64,000 nucleotides of DNA, taken from the NCBI GenBank assembly GCA_025594325.1, contig JANHCV010000007.1, forward strand, positions 372,001 through 436,000. The letters are read 5' to 3'. Both the position numbers and the translations under genes were made by a program. Below, piece by piece: positions 1 to 11,734 of the stretch; position 1 is the first letter of the stretch; the number at the start of each line of letters is the position of its first letter. The DNA comes from Blastocladiella emersonii ATCC 22665 (taxonomy: Eukaryota; Fungi; Blastocladiomycota). The notes under the pieces are model-generated. The model saw only the letters and a program-made list of their open reading frames with translations, did no database searches and had not been told where the DNA came from.

Positions 1-2
1 TC

Positions 3-758
3 AAGGTCGAGCTCACCGGTTTGTCTGCGCAACTCGATGAGCTGCGCAGCGATTTTGCCCAACAACTTGCTTTGGCCGAGTCCAAGCTTTCGCAGCTGGT
101 TCCAGATCACGAAACGACGGTGCGCCAACTTGCGCTTGCAGAGGCCGAGGCCAATGCCTTGACCTCGGAGCTTGCCGCTGTCAAGCAGTCCCAGCTCACT
201 ACTCTTGCGTCTCTGGCGGACTCCAAGGCAAGTAACAATAAACTTATTGCGCGTGCCCTTTGCTTTGAGCAATCGACCGCCAAGCTTACGAAAAAGCTGA
301 ACGACGCGCAGTCAAACGGGACCGACCAGAGTGCGCGTATCGTGACCTTGACGACCAAGCTTGACCAGATCAAAGCAGACAATTCTCGACTCCGCGACAA
401 GCGGCATCAGCTCTCTGAGAAGCTTGATCTCGGAGCTCCCTATCATTCCTTGAGCGACAGCGACCTTGCGCGGCGGGCCGGAGTGGATCGGACCGCGATC
501 CGCAGGTACCCGCTTTCAAGGCCGCTCCAGACGGTCTTGGGTAAAGCTCTTACGGTCGGACGCAGTGCGTTCCGAAATATCGAGTACGCGCAATTTCCCA
601 GTCGCGAGGCGATTCGTGGCGAGTTGTCCGAGGCTGATGATGTTCCACTTATCGATTCGGCCTTTCGCGACGATGAAGACGCTTGGCTTGATCGATGCGT
701 CAAGCGCCTCGAAAAAGCGGATGCCGCTTGCTATGGGCTCGCTCGTTTCGCTTGCTAG
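3..758 (+). CDS. 5'-truncated coiled-coil protein with a Cro/C1(XRE)-like helix-turn-helix near the C-terminus
   Basis: The frame is open from nt 3. The first ~135 aa are heptad-rich, followed by LSDSDLARRAGVDRTAIRRY...LGKALTV. Lower GC than the core genes. No family assigned. Confidence 0.5.
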   Translation, partial: KVELTGLSAQLDELRSDFAQQLALAESKLSQLVPDHETTVRQLALAEAEANALTSELAAVKQSQLTTLASLADSKASNNKLIARALCFEQSTAKLTKKLNDAQSNGTDQSARIVTLTTKLDQIKADNSRLRDKRHQLSEKLDLGAPYHSLSDSDLARRAGVDRTAIRRYPLSRPLQTVLGKALTVGRSAFRNIEYAQFPSREAIRGELSEADDVPLIDSAFRDDEDAWLDRCVKRLEKADAACYGLARFAC

Positions 759-1146
759 CGGCTCGACCGCATGCTAGTGGCTGAAGCCTCTGCAGCGGGC
801 AATGATTCCACGAATGCGTCGGCAAGCACCAGTGCGACTCAGGCTCAGCCTTGGGATCCGAACGAGCCTGATGTCCCTCGTCGCCAGAAGCGGCGCCGGA
901 CGGACCCGGGAAACTGAAGCCGATTTATTGTTCCTTTGTTTCATGATAGTAACTGTTGTTTCAAGCTGATGGTCTGTGAGGAAATGTCTCATGTCTCGCG
1001 CCCCGCGGCGTGATCAGAGAAGTGATTTCGCGGGGCGTCTCGACCCAGCTGCCGTGTCCCACAGACTGAGCGCTCTTCACGCGTTCGGAGGAATCACTTT
1101 GCATTTTCATCCACTTGATCCCACAAGAATCACATCCCCATCTCGC

Positions 1147-2856
1147 TCAGTACGCCGGCGCGCGCGTCCAATCATCAAGCACAACGACCTTGCTGCCGTA
1201 CCCCTCAATCTCGCGGACCCCGCTCTCACTCATCTCGGTCCCCGCGACTGAGACTGACAGCTTGCCGCTCGCCATCCCCCTGACAAACCGGAGGATCGCG
1301 TCCACACTCGCGTCCGAGACCGGGTTCCCGTCGAGGACCAGGACCTCGATGTTCTTGGACACGCCCGCGAGCAGCACCCGCACCTCCTCGTCCGTGATCC
1401 CGAGCGCGCCGAGCCACAGGTAATCGAGCCGCTTGAGCCCCGCGACCGCCGTGACGAGCGCGCGGCGGCCCGGCGCGTCGTCGTCGCTCGCGTCGCCCGG
1501 CTCGCTGTTGAACAGCTTGAACGACCGCAACCCGGCGGCGAGGTGCGGCGCGAGGCACGCAAGGTCGCCGTCGTTGAGGGCGCAGAACGTCAGGTCGAGC
1601 GCGGTGAGCCCCTCGTGGAGGTACGGGGCGAGCGCGGGCATCGCGCCCGCGGCGACCGCGGTGTTGCCCGGAAGCCGCAGGTTCATGAGCGAGTCGGGGA
1701 TAACCGGGCCGAGCGCGGCGAGGTCGGCCGACGTCAGGCCGCACCGCTCGATGCGCAGGAATTCGAGGTCGCGCGGGAACGAGCGCAGCAGCGCGGCGAA
1801 GACGGGGAAGGTTTGGTGGTGGACTCGTGGCGGCCGAACGCGCAGTTGCGGAAGTACAGCGTCGTAAGCGTGTCGGGGAGGTACGTGAACAATGTAGTCG
1901 ATCCGTCAAGCTGGCCGAAATCGTAATCTTCGAAAACCAGCGACTCGAGCTTGCGCGGGAACAGGCTCCCGAGCGCCGCGGCGCACCGCGGGTCGATCCA
2001 CGACCGGCAGAACGTCAGCGACGTGAGCGAGTCGGGGAACGGGGCGCCAGCTTCAGCCGGCAGCGCACCGCGCGGAACGTCGTGCCGCATGCACGTGAAC
2101 GCGAGCCGCTTGAGCGAGGGCGGGAGCTGCAGCGACCGGGCCAGGTCGGCGGTCATGTTGCACGGGCCGAAGGTCAGATTGTTGGCCTTCTCGGAAGTAA
2201 ACGAGTAGCTGCCGGATGCGGGCGGCGATTCGGCAAGCACGGCGTTGAGAGCGGTGATCCCGGCGGCGGTCAGGCGGCCGGCGTACACGCCCATGGTGTG
2301 CGAGTGCGCCATGCGGAGAGCGCGGGCGTCGCCTGGTTCGACGAGGTTCTCGGGTAGCTAGGTCGGGGTACGACCGTCAGCATTCGCGCGTCACTCACCG
2401 TGTACGGGCCCAACGCACCGGCTGCTTATCCTTCATCTCCGCGACCGCGCGCGCGCCAACGACCCCCGCGACGACCTCGAACGCCTTCCCCGTCTCCTCC
2501 TCATCCACCTCGCCGGTCATCGGCGGCAGCGGGAGCCCCGCGTCGCGCCACCAGTCGAGCGCCGCGTACTTGAGCCCTCGCCCGGCACCCAGCAGCGCGT
2601 TCGCCATGTAGCGGAGCGGTAGCTTCATTTCACGCCACAGGTCGAGCACGGCGACGTTGCCGCGCTTGCTGGCCTCGTCGATGGCGAGCAGCGGGCAGGT
2701 GCACAGGATGGTGCGGGTGACGCGCGGGATATCGGCGCGGAACGCGACGCGCGCGTGCTGCATGAGCCCGGAGAGGTCCGACGCGTCGGCGTGCAGGCGG
2801 ACCGCGTGGCACAGCACGGTCTCGATTAGGTGCGGTAAGTTAATTATCGGATGCAT
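1147..2856 (-). pseudogene. F-box/ankyrin-like N-terminal domain + RNI-like LRR protein, with one apparent frameshift
   Basis: Exon 1 2856-2419 and a 61-nt phase-0 intron 2418-2358 (GTGCGT..CTGAC..CTAG) join ORF 2395..2856 to ORF 1734..2312. LRRs of the LPxxLxxLxLxxC/N type continue in another frame (TFPVFAALLRSFPRDLEFLRIERC into ORF 1147..1686) after ~1820, with no splice signal there. Confidence 0.65.
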
Positions 2857-3091
2857 CGCGGTTGCATGGGGTTGGTTTGTAGCGGGCGGGAGAGCGGGAG
2901 AAGCGAAGCGAACGCGGCCGGTTTCAGAGTCCGTGCTTCACCCGCACGTGGGCGCTGCAGCTCGACGCGTCGTCGCGTTCTCCCCTCCCTCAGCTTCACG
3001 GGCGCAAGTGCTGTGGTGTGAGTCAAGTGTATTCAGTGCGTGTGCTTCTCTCGAGAAATGGATGGAATCGCAAAACGTCATTGTCGGTCAA

Positions 3092-4747
3092 TCAGGACGT
3101 CGCCGGCGCGAGCCCCGAGTCCTGCCGCGCGAACACGGGCACGAGGCTCTTCTTGGTCGGCGAGCTGATGACCGCCGCCGCCTTGCTGCTCGCTGCCGCC
3201 TCGACCGCGTTCCACGCCGCTTCCTCGCCGGGCGCGGGCGACGCGCGGCCGATACAGTCGACGACGAACCCGATCTTGCGGAGGGCGGCGTGGTCGAGGA
3301 CGAGCCGGCCGTCGAAAACGTACGCGGGGCGGAGCATGCCCTTGTGCACCCGCGCAAAGTCGATGGCCTTGAACTCGTCCCACTCGGTGCACACGACGAC
3401 GGCGTGGGCGCCGTGGCACGCCGCGTACGCGTCGGAGGCGGCGACAACCGACGAATCAGCGTCGCGGACGCCCGCGTGGCGCAGGTCCGCGTGGATCTGG
3501 TCGGCCGAGACCTTCGGGTCGTAGACGTGCAGACGCGCGCCGTCGTCGGCGAGGAACTTGCACAGGGCGATGGCGGCCGACTCGCGCGTGTCGCCCGTGT
3601 TCTTCTTGAAGGCGAACCCGAGCACCGCGATCTTCTTGCCCGTGACCGTGCCGTGCAGGCGGCGGAGCACCTGGCGCGCGACGCGGAGCTTCTGCCAGTC
3701 GTTGATGGCCGTGACCTGGGACCAGTAGTGCGCGACCTCGGGCAGGTTGAGCGAGTGCGCGAGCCAGCACAGCGCGCGGATGTCCTTCTCGAGGCAGGTC
3801 CCGCCGTACCCGATCCCGGCGTTGAGGTACTTTGGCCCGATGCGCGAGTCGAGCCCGATGGCGCGGGCGACTTCGGTGATGTTGGCCCCCGTCCGCTCGC
3901 AGATGGCCGACAGCGCGTTCATGGACGAGATGCGCTGGCCGAGCATGGCGTTGGCGGCGACCTTGGCGAGCTCCGAGCTCCACAGGTTCATCCCAACGAT
4001 CCGGTCGCGCGGCACCCAGTTGGCGTACACGTCGGCGAGCGCGGCCATGGCCGCGTGCCCCGCGGGGGACTCGGCGCACCCGATCAGGATGCGGTCCGGG
4101 CGCAGCAGGTCGGTGATGGCGGTACCCTCGGCGAGGAACTCGGGGTTCGACAGGATCGCAAAGGACGCGCCGGGCCGCGCGTTCGACTCGAGAATCGACC
4201 GGACTGCATCGGCCGTGCGCACGGGCACCGTCGACTTCTCGACCACGATCTTGGGCGACGTCGACGCCGCCGCAATGCACCGCGCCGCCGACTCGATGTA
4301 CTTGAGGTCGCACGCGGACCCGGCGCCCTCGCCAGCGACCTTGGTGGGGGTGTTGACCGAGATGAAGATGATGTCGGCGGCCGCGATCGCGCCGTCCACG
4401 TCCGTCGAGAAGAAGAGGTTGCGGCCGCGGCACGCGAACACGATCTCGTCGAGCCCCGGCTCGTAGATGGGCAGGTGCTCCGAGTTCCACGCGTCGATGC
4501 GCGACGACGAAATGTCCACGATGTGCACGTCAATGTGCGGGCACTTGAGCGCCATCACCGCGCACGTCGGGCCGCCTACACAACCGGAAGGTTAGCCGAT
4601 CGGCGATGCGGCGGGGGCGGGGGTGGGATGGGATCGGGGCGTACCGACGTAACCGGCGCCCAGGCACACGACGGTCATGCGGCGCTCGGGGACGGCGGCC
4701 TCGGTGACCTCGCAGTTGACGCGCGAGGAGGAGTTGCTCGAGAGCAT
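3092..4747 (-). CDS. UGDH: UDP-glucose 6-dehydrogenase
   Basis: VVCLGAGYVG|GPTCAVMA Rossmann motif restored by intron 4644-4576. NPEFLAEG, EKSTVP, catalytic-Cys motif GYGGTCLEKD and KKNTGDTRES are present. Confidence 0.97.
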
Positions 4748-5853
4748 GGCGGTGGTGATGCAGAACAAGTTGGGAGCGAGCGGGGAGGGTAACGAGTGCA
4801 GTCTAATCGGTCTCTAGGCTTGCTCGCGAGGGCAAGCGTCTGTGCGCGCGCGGTCGTCGGTGAGCTCTCGGCGCGCTCGGTCGGCAGGAGCAGGCCCGCG
4901 CACCTAGGGTAGGCAGGATGCGGGGTGATCGCGAGATGAACAGTTGGTTCGTGGGTTGGCGAGGAGAGAGCGCGTGTGGGCACGGAGCGCGGGAGGTCTT
5001 TATGCCCAGTCGGCCGGCAGAGATACATGTGAACGGGCGGGCAGGCCGACGCGAGGAAGAAGAAAGGGCGCCAGCGCGCGCGCGAGACGCTCGCGGCGCA
5101 CGGCAGCGGCCAGCGGCCACCGTTCTCGAACAGCGATCCAGCACGCGTCTCGCACGGAACAAGAAAGCGGTCTTCCGCGGCGCGGAGGGGAGGGGAGATG
5201 CGCACTTGCCCGCGAGACACCGGCGCGAGGCGCGACGCGACGCGTGCCGGGAGACGCGCGGCGGCGGTCAGGTGCGCGCCCACCCGCGTCACGCCGCCCG
5301 CCGCCGCCACCCGTTCGCCGCCACCCGCCGATCGCTCTTTCGCCCCTCTCTCCCCTCCCCCCTCCGCTCTCCTCTCACGAATTATCAGCCGGCCCCCCGC
5401 AGTCGGTGCACTTGGACCTCCACGATTGCGCGCGCGAGTTCGCCAAGGCCACCGTCCCCCGAGGCAAGCCGATTCCGAAACGTGGGTGGCCCAAAGTGGC
5501 GCTGCTCGCTCTTGACCGCCCCTCGCCGCCACCTCCCCGACATATCCTCTCTCCCTGCCCTCTCGCCCTTCATCATCTCCCACGCACACGACACACACTC
5601 CCGGCAGTACGACCCCCGCCTCGCGCACACACTACCGCTCCCTCTGCCGCGGCCCGACTTTCGCTAGCGCCCACCACCATCAGCCCGCGTACCAGGTCCG
5701 TGCGTGTGCATATTCTTGGAGCACCTGCCCTCCCCGTCGCCATCGGTGTTGATGCTGACGTCCTCCTCCGTGCGCATCGTGCAGTGTATAGACTAGGGCT
5801 GCTGCTCAACACTACCCTCTCTCCATACCCGCACCGCTCTCCCCCACTTCACC

Positions 5854-8800
5854 ATGGCCCCGACCCCGCGCGTAGGCGACCGCGTGCTCGTGCCCTCGAC
5901 GGGGCAGGCGGGCACACTGCGGTTCCTCGGGCCGACGCACTTCCGCCCCGGCGTGTGGGCGGGCGTCGAGCTCGACGCCATGGGCTCGGGCAAGAACGAC
6001 GGCTCCGTCGCGGGCGTCTCGTACTTCCGGTGCCCGCCCGAGACGGGCCTGTTTGTTCCCGGCGACAAGGTGCAGCCCCTCCCCCACCACCCTCCCCCGC
6101 CGGCGCCCACCGCGTCCCGCAACGCCACCCGCACGCCCGTCCGCCCGACGCCCATGCGCGCCAACGTGCGCACGCCGCTGGGCAACGGGACCGGGTTCGG
6201 CGGTGGCGCCGGCGGCCACCACCCGGTCCCGATGCCCCTCGCACCCACGCCGACGGCACGATCGAGACAGAACTCGCACGATTCCGGGTCGTCGCGGTCC
6301 CGCTTCTCCGGCTCGTCCACGGGGAGCGCCGGGTGGAACGCGCCACCACAACAGTACACGCAGGCGGCGCGGCGTGGGGCGCCCGGGACCGCTACGCGGG
6401 CGGGCACCACGCAGTCGGGCGGCCGGCTCGCCGCACCTGGCGCTGGTGGTAACCTGCGCGGCGCGCGCAACAGCGTCAACGGGCCCGTGGCGGGCTCGTC
6501 CACCGCGTCGCCGAGCATCGCGCGCCTGAGCAAGCCGGGCTTCTCGTCGCCCGGCCCCGTCCCGCACTCCTCGGGCGGCATGCCGACGTCGCCCTCGCCC
6601 AACGGCACCGGCCCCGGCCCGCGCGCGCGCAAGGCGCTGTCCATCAACCCGAACGCGGCGCCCGCGCCCGAGCCCATGCCGCAGGTCCAGCCGACCAAGC
6701 GCCTGACGCTGTCGGTGCTCCCGTCGCCGCTCCCCTCCGCCGACGCCGTCTACTCGCCGGGCTTCTCCCCCACGTCGTCGCAGTTCTCCCGGTCCTCGTC
6801 CGCGATCGGCCGGCAGAGCCCGATGCCGCACCCGATGCCGCACCAGCATTCGTCGGAGTACCCTACCCCGCCCCACACGCTGCTGCACACGTTGCCGGAC
6901 ACGCCGTTCAACGCGCGGCTGCAGGCGGCCGTGGCGCGGTCGGCGACCCCGCAGATGCAGCAGCGAGCGGCGTCGCCGCTGGTCCAGGCCCGCGGCGGCG
7001 GCGGTGGTGGCGATCCGGATGCGGACGCGCGCGCGATCCAGGACCTCAAGGCCAAGACCGAGGCGCTCGAGGCCGAGAACCGGATCCTGCAGCTCGAGGT
7101 GCAGCAGGCCAAGGCGACGCGCGAGATCCACGGCCTTCTGACGCCGGGCGAGGCCGACGAGGCCGACCTGAAAGTCAAGGACCTCGAGGCGCAGCTCGCT
7201 CACGCGTCGCTCGCGCACCAGGTGGCGGTCGCCGAGCTCGAGGCCGCGCACGCCAAGCAGGTCGAGACCCTCGAGCTCGTCCTGTCGGAGCTGCAGTCGA
7301 CGCTGTCCGAGAAGAACCGCGCCATCACCGAGCACTCGGAGAAGCTCGCGCAGCTGCAGGTCGAGCTGACGTCGCGCACCATCATGGCGTCCGAGCTCGA
7401 CGATATCTCGCAGACCATCAGCCTCCTCGAGACCGAGGCCCACCACAAGCAGCTGCAGGCGCAGCGCCTCGAGAACGAGCTCGCCGCGTCCCAGAAGGAG
7501 CTCGCGGCCCGCACCGACGCGGTCGCCGCCCTCGAGCGCGACAAGCGCAAGGCCGAGACCGACATGGAACGCCACCGCGCGCGCGTCCAGGTCCTCGAGC
7601 GCGAGCTCCAGGACAAGGCCCACTGGGTCGACGAGTACATGAAGGAGGGCGAGGGCCGCGTCGAGCAGGTCGGCAAGCTCCACGCCGACATCAAGGCCAA
7701 GCAGGACCGCATCGAGCACCTCGCCCTCGAGCTCGACGCGCGCTCCGACATGCTCCGCAAGTCGCAATCCCTCATGGACGAAATCACGGCCAAGGCCGAG
7801 ACCGCGGCCGCCGAGGTGACCAAGTGGTCCACTGCCGCCAAGGCGCTCGAGGCCGACGCCGCCGCGCTCCGCGCCGATGTCGCCGAGAAGACGGCCGCCC
7901 TCGACGCCAAGGCCGCCGAGTTCGCCCGCCTGTACGAGAAGCACGAGGCGGCGCTCGCGTCGGTCGCCGACCGCGACGCCAAGCTCGCCGCGCTCGCCGC
8001 CGTCGAGTCCGAGAACGCGGACCTCAAGGCGACCGTCGCCACGCTCACCGGCGACAAGCAGGCGTGGGCGACGCGCGAAGACGACCGCCGCGCCGCCATG
8101 CAGGCGCTGCACGCCGATGTCGCGCGGCTGCAGGCCGCCGTCGAGGCGCACGAGGCCAAGGTCGCGGACCTGACCGCGTCGCTCGCGGAGCGCGACCGGC
8201 TCGTCGCCACGCTTGAGCGCGACCTGGCCTCGCGCAAGCAGCTCGTCACGCAGCTCCAGGCCGAGGTCGACAGCCTCGCGTCGCAGGTCAACGACAGCGA
8301 GCGGTCGTCGCTCGCGCACACGCAGGCCATCAAGCGGCTCGAGGCCCAGGTCGACGCCCGCGCCAAGGCGCTCGCCGAGGTCGAGGCCGACCTGACGGCG
8401 TCGACGGACCGCGCGGCGCGCGCCGAGACGTCGGTCAAGGAGAAGTCCAAGGCGCTCGACGCGCAGACGGCGCGCGTCGCGCAGCTCGAGGACGAGCTCG
8501 CCGAGGCCCGCGAGAAGGCGACGGTGCTGTCGACGCAGCAGGTCGCCGCGCTGCAGCGCGAGCTCGACGCCGCCAAGGCCGCGGCCAGCGACCTCGCGGC
8601 GCAGCTCGAGTCCAAGTCGGACGACCTCGTCGCCGCCAAAGCGCTCGCGCAGGGCCGCGCGCAGGAGCTCGCGCAGGCCAAGGCGTCGTTGTCCTCGGCC
8701 GAGCAGTCGCTCGAGTCGACGCAGGCCCGCGCCAACGCCCTCCACGAGCAGCTCGTCGCGCTCCAGTCCGCCCACAACGCGCTCCAGGACGAGTACACGC

Positions 8801-9750
8801 AGGCGCTAACCCGGACTACGGACGCCGGGCTCGTGCGCAGCCAGGCGGCCGCTGCCGAGGCCAAGGCCGCGCAGCTCGCGGCGCAGCTCGCGGACCGCGA
8901 CGCGCGCGTCGCTGAGCTCTCGGCCGAAGTCAACGCGGCGCAGCAGCACGCCAACGACGCGCGTGGGCGCGAGAAGGCGGCCAACGCCCGGATCGCGGAC
9001 CTCGAGCAGCAGCTGCGCGACGCCGAGGCCACGGCGGCCGCCAAGGAGCGCGCGGCCGAGGAGCTCGAGAACAAGGTCAAGCACCTCAAGCAGTCCCGCC
9101 GCGAGACCATGTCGCACTACATGGAGTCGATCGATATCCTCATGGCCGACATGATGAAGCTCCAGGCCAAGTACGACCAGGTCACCTCGAAACCCGACCC
9201 GCGCCGGCTCTCGACGCAGTCGTCGCCCGGCGACCACCACGAGATTGGGGTCGTGTCGCCTAACCTCGACGCGAACCCGTACCGCATGTCGATGCCCGCG
9301 GCGGTTTCGGACTCGGCTATCTCGTCGTCGGTCGAGGGCGGCGACGGGTGGACCGACGATATCACCATGTACCCCGGCGACGAGACCGAGGTCGACATTG
9401 ACCCGTCCTCCACGGCCGCGGATGAGGAGGGGGTCGACGGCCGCGGCCGCCACCACCGCACCGCCCCGCCCCGGTCCACGTCCCGGTCCGCCGCCGTCAA
9501 CAGCGCGCGGTCCCGGTCCCGCGCCCGCGGCAGTTTTGACGCGCTCGCGGGTGGCAAGACCGTGTCCATGGCCGGGCTCCCCGACGAGTACCTCCGGTCG
9601 TTCCCCGGCGTGCCGTCGGCGGCTGCGGTCGCGCACCGCGGGTCGACGAGCGATGCTGGGTCTGTCGCGGGCTCGTCGCCGCGCGAGTCGGTCAGCGGTC
9701 AGCAGCAGCAGCAGCAGCCGGCCATGGCCATGTTCCGGTTCGAGGAGTAG
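5854..9750 (+). CDS. CAP-Gly domain + long coiled-coil microtubule plus-end protein (CLIP-170/Bik1/p150-like)
   Basis: 1298-aa single ORF. N-terminal [26 protein letters not shown]-Gly signature, Pro/Ser-rich linker, ~750-aa coiled coil, strong GC3 bias. Confidence 0.93.
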   Translation: MAPTPRVGDRVLVPSTGQAGTLRFLGPTHFRPGVWAGVELDAMGSGKNDGSVAGVSYFRCPPETGLFVPGDKVQPLPHHPPPPAPTASRNATRTPVRPTPMRANVRTPLGNGTGFGGGAGGHHPVPMPLAPTPTARSRQNSHDSGSSRSRFSGSSTGSAGWNAPPQQYTQAARRGAPGTATRAGTTQSGGRLAAPGAGGNLRGARNSVNGPVAGSSTASPSIARLSKPGFSSPGPVPHSSGGMPTSPSPNGTGPGPRARKALSINPNAAPAPEPMPQVQPTKRLTLSVLPSPLPSADAVYSPGFSPTSSQFSRSSSAIGRQSPMPHPMPHQHSSEYPTPPHTLLHTLPDTPFNARLQAAVARSATPQMQQRAASPLVQARGGGGGGDPDADARAIQDLKAKTEALEAENRILQLEVQQAKATREIHGLLTPGEADEADLKVKDLEAQLAHASLAHQVAVAELEAAHAKQVETLELVLSELQSTLSEKNRAITEHSEKLAQLQVELTSRTIMASELDDISQTISLLETEAHHKQLQAQRLENELAASQKELAARTDAVAALERDKRKAETDMERHRARVQVLERELQDKAHWVDEYMKEGEGRVEQVGKLHADIKAKQDRIEHLALELDARSDMLRKSQSLMDEITAKAETAAAEVTKWSTAAKALEADAAALRADVAEKTAALDAKAAEFARLYEKHEAALASVADRDAKLAALAAVESENADLKATVATLTGDKQAWATREDDRRAAMQALHADVARLQAAVEAHEAKVADLTASLAERDRLVATLERDLASRKQLVTQLQAEVDSLASQVNDSERSSLAHTQAIKRLEAQVDARAKALAEVEADLTASTDRAARAETSVKEKSKALDAQTARVAQLEDELAEAREKATVLSTQQVAALQRELDAAKAAASDLAAQLESKSDDLVAAKALAQGRAQELAQAKASLSSAEQSLESTQARANALHEQLVALQSAHNALQDEYTQALTRTTDAGLVRSQAAAAEAKAAQLAAQLADRDARVAELSAEVNAAQQHANDARGREKAANARIADLEQQLRDAEATAAAKERAAEELENKVKHLKQSRRETMSHYMESIDILMADMMKLQAKYDQVTSKPDPRRLSTQSSPGDHHEIGVVSPNLDANPYRMSMPAAVSDSAISSSVEGGDGWTDDITMYPGDETEVDIDPSSTAADEEGVDGRGRHHRTAPPRSTSRSAAVNSARSRSRARGSFDALAGGKTVSMAGLPDEYLRSFPGVPSAAAVAHRGSTSDAGSVAGSSPRESVSGQQQQQQPAMAMFRFEE

Positions 9751-9888
9751 GAGGTGACGCGCTGCGCGCTCGCCTTGGTGGTGAGGAGACTTTTGATTTG
9801 TGTTTGGATGTGCCCCCCATGTGTATCTTGTGACTGTATCTATCATATGTATGCACCCGCATCCGACTCGATCAGCAGGATAGTATAT

Positions 9889-10740
9889 TCACTCGCACAT
9901 GTCCCCGTCGTTGCAACGAGTGCGGAACGCTGCGAACTCGGCCGCGACGGCCGCCGCCCTTGCCTCCGCAACACGGACTCGGTCCTCGGCCGCGGCGATC
10001 GCCATGCGCAGGTCCGCGACGTCGCGCTCCAGCTCGGCCATGGCCGCCGCGGCGACGACGGACGGAGGCGCAATGTACCCGTCGGCCGGGATCAGCCCGG
10101 ATCGCGGGACGCGCGGCGGCGGGCGCGGGTGGCGCTCGCGGACCAGCGCGCGTTCTGCGGCGTCGCGCTCGGCGTGAGCGTGGCACAGCTGAAGACGCTT
10201 CGTCTCGTTGTCGAGCTCGAGCTTGGACACGCGCGCGCGGAGGGCCAAGAGATCGGATTCGAGGGAACGGAGCGCCGCGGGCTGATCTGTGTCACGCGCG
10301 GCGGCGGGCGGCGGCGTGGCGGCGGGAGCGGGGTCCGTCAGCTCGAACGCGGCGAGGTTGGAGGAGAGCTGGTCGAAGCCTGAGTCGGCGTCGAGGTTGC
10401 GGGTGGCATCAACATTGCGCGGGATCTCGGTGGTCGTGGTGCTGACCGCTGACGAGCCCGACTTGGTGTCCACAGCCGCGTCCCACGCAACATCAGAGCC
10501 GCGACCACGCTGGGCGACGCTCGAGGTCGGCGACGAGAGGTATCGGCCGATTTTGATGACCTCGCCAGCGACGGCAGACGGGTGCGGCGAGCTGCTGACC
10601 GGCGAGTCACCGTCCTCATACTCGCGTCGGTGGTAGCCGTCGTCCTCGTCGTCCGACGACCCGATCAGGTCGCACGCAGCGACGACCTGCGCCACGGCAA
10701 AGTCGGGCGTCGTGGCGAGTTTGGACGTCGATGCGTTCAT
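9889..10740 (-). CDS. Hypothetical protein, Ser/acidic low-complexity N-half and C-terminal coiled coil
   Basis: ORF 9889..10752 has core-like codon usage. Probable start is MNAST at 10740. Heptads include LRSLESDLLALRARVSKLELD and MAELERDVADLRMAIAAAEDRV. Confidence 0.7.
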   Translation of the reverse strand: MNASTSKLATTPDFAVAQVVAACDLIGSSDDEDDGYHRREYEDGDSPVSSSPHPSAVAGEVIKIGRYLSSPTSSVAQRGRGSDVAWDAAVDTKSGSSAVSTTTTEIPRNVDATRNLDADSGFDQLSSNLAAFELTDPAPAATPPPAAARDTDQPAALRSLESDLLALRARVSKLELDNETKRLQLCHAHAERDAAERALVRERHPRPPPRVPRSGLIPADGYIAPPSVVAAAAMAELERDVADLRMAIAAAEDRVRVAEARAAAVAAEFAAFRTRCNDGDMCE

Positions 10741-11413
10741 GGCCAGATACATGCAGCGGGCAAGCTTGAGCTGGAGAGAGAGCGGGAGCCCGCGGTGAAC
10801 TGGGTCGGCTGCCTTGAACTCTGCGCGCGCGGTCGGTTTGCAACTGCTGCACGAACGCCGGCAGCAACACCACGCGCGCGAGTGGACGCTTGCTCGACAT
10901 CCTGGCCCGCATGGGCTCGCGAAGTGACCGCGGGCCGTTACATCACAGGCGATGAATTAGAAGCTTATCGCGCCGAGAGCGGACAGTGCGGCGGTGGACA
11001 GACGGATTGAAGAACGCGTGGTTCATAAGCGCGTGACCACCCGAAACAAACCCTCGACCTCCTCGTCGAATTCCTCCCAAACAACGAAGATCGCTCACAT
11101 GTAAGAGAATGTGACTCGGTGCAACAGTTTTGTTCGTCGCATGTGAGACCGGCCAGTGAGATGTTGCTAGACTTTACGTGCGCGGTTCGTGCAGCTCTCA
11201 GGCGAGGTTTTCGGTTCAGCAATTTGCCAGGGCCTGGCCACCCCGTGGATCAGAGCGAGCGATGCAGAAACGTCTCGCAGTAAACTATCATTTAAGAAGG
11301 CTACGAGCTGGCCATCGGATTCAAACAGTACAACAAGACTTCACCGCCTGCTCTCCGTTCCTCCTTGAACCCGCCAGCGTGATGCCCTGGACCTGCTTGC
11401 TCTTGTGACTCGC

Positions 11414-11734
11414 TTACGAGATGCCGCCAGCAACGCCGCCGGCCGCAAGGTCGAGCGGGGTGATGGCCGACGAGATACCGCCCGCAACGCCGCCGGCTGC
11501 AAGGTCGAGCGGCGTGACGATGGACGAGATGCCGCCAGCGACGCCGCCCGCAGCCAGATCGAGCGGGGTGACGGACGAGATGCCACCTGCGACGCCGCCA
11601 GCGGCCAGGTCGCGAGGAGCGAGATTCGAGTCAAGCTTGGGAACCGGGACGGGGCGGGCCTGGATGGCGCTGGCCAGGGCGAGGCAGAGGGCGAGGATGA
11701 CGACAAAGTTGCGCATAGCGATCTTGAGCTTCAT
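11414..11734 (-). CDS. Small secreted protein with 4 tandem DLAAGGVAGGIS repeats (candidate peptide precursor)
   Basis: Signal peptide (MRNFVVILALCLALASAIQA), short pro-region ending APR, then 4 identical 12-aa repeats with synonymous-only differences and short S(V/IV/AI)TPL linkers. Confidence 0.85.
   Translation of the reverse strand: MKLKIAMRNFVVILALCLALASAIQARPVPVPKLDSNLAPRDLAAGGVAGGISSVTPLDLAAGGVAGGISSIVTPLDLAAGGVAGGISSAITPLDLAAGGVAGGIS
11417..11611 (-). repeat. Coding tandem repeat, 4 x 36-bp core separated by 15-18-nt linkers
   Basis: Core GAYCTKGCNGCNGGCGGCGTYGCNGGYGGYATCTCG read directly from the four copies. Confidence 0.95.

Noticed and set aside
5812-8775. Very long antisense/alternate-frame ORFs (e.g. 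5812..8775-, 2657..4792+, 43354..44685-, 40940..42394+)
   Set aside because: These are shadows of GC3-biased genes on the other strand. Their translations are R/G/A/L-rich with no motifs.
9700-9750. C-terminal RFEE of the CAP-Gly protein as an EEY/F tail
   Set aside because: The aromatic residue is not terminal, so it does not fit the CAP-Gly-binding EEY/F motif.
11417-11611. Repeat-spacer pattern superficially like a CRISPR array
   Set aside because: The repeats are in-frame codons varying only at third positions, the spacers are 15-18 nt and similar to each other, and the context is eukaryotic with no cas genes.
11417-11611. Remnant of a mitochondrial carrier (AGGVAGxxSxxxTxPLD resembles odd helices of SLC25 proteins)
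   Set aside because: Spacing to PLD is one residue short, the K/R of Px[DE]xx[KR] is missing, there are no even helices, and a signal peptide is present. The resemblance does show that such Gly-rich helices can converge.
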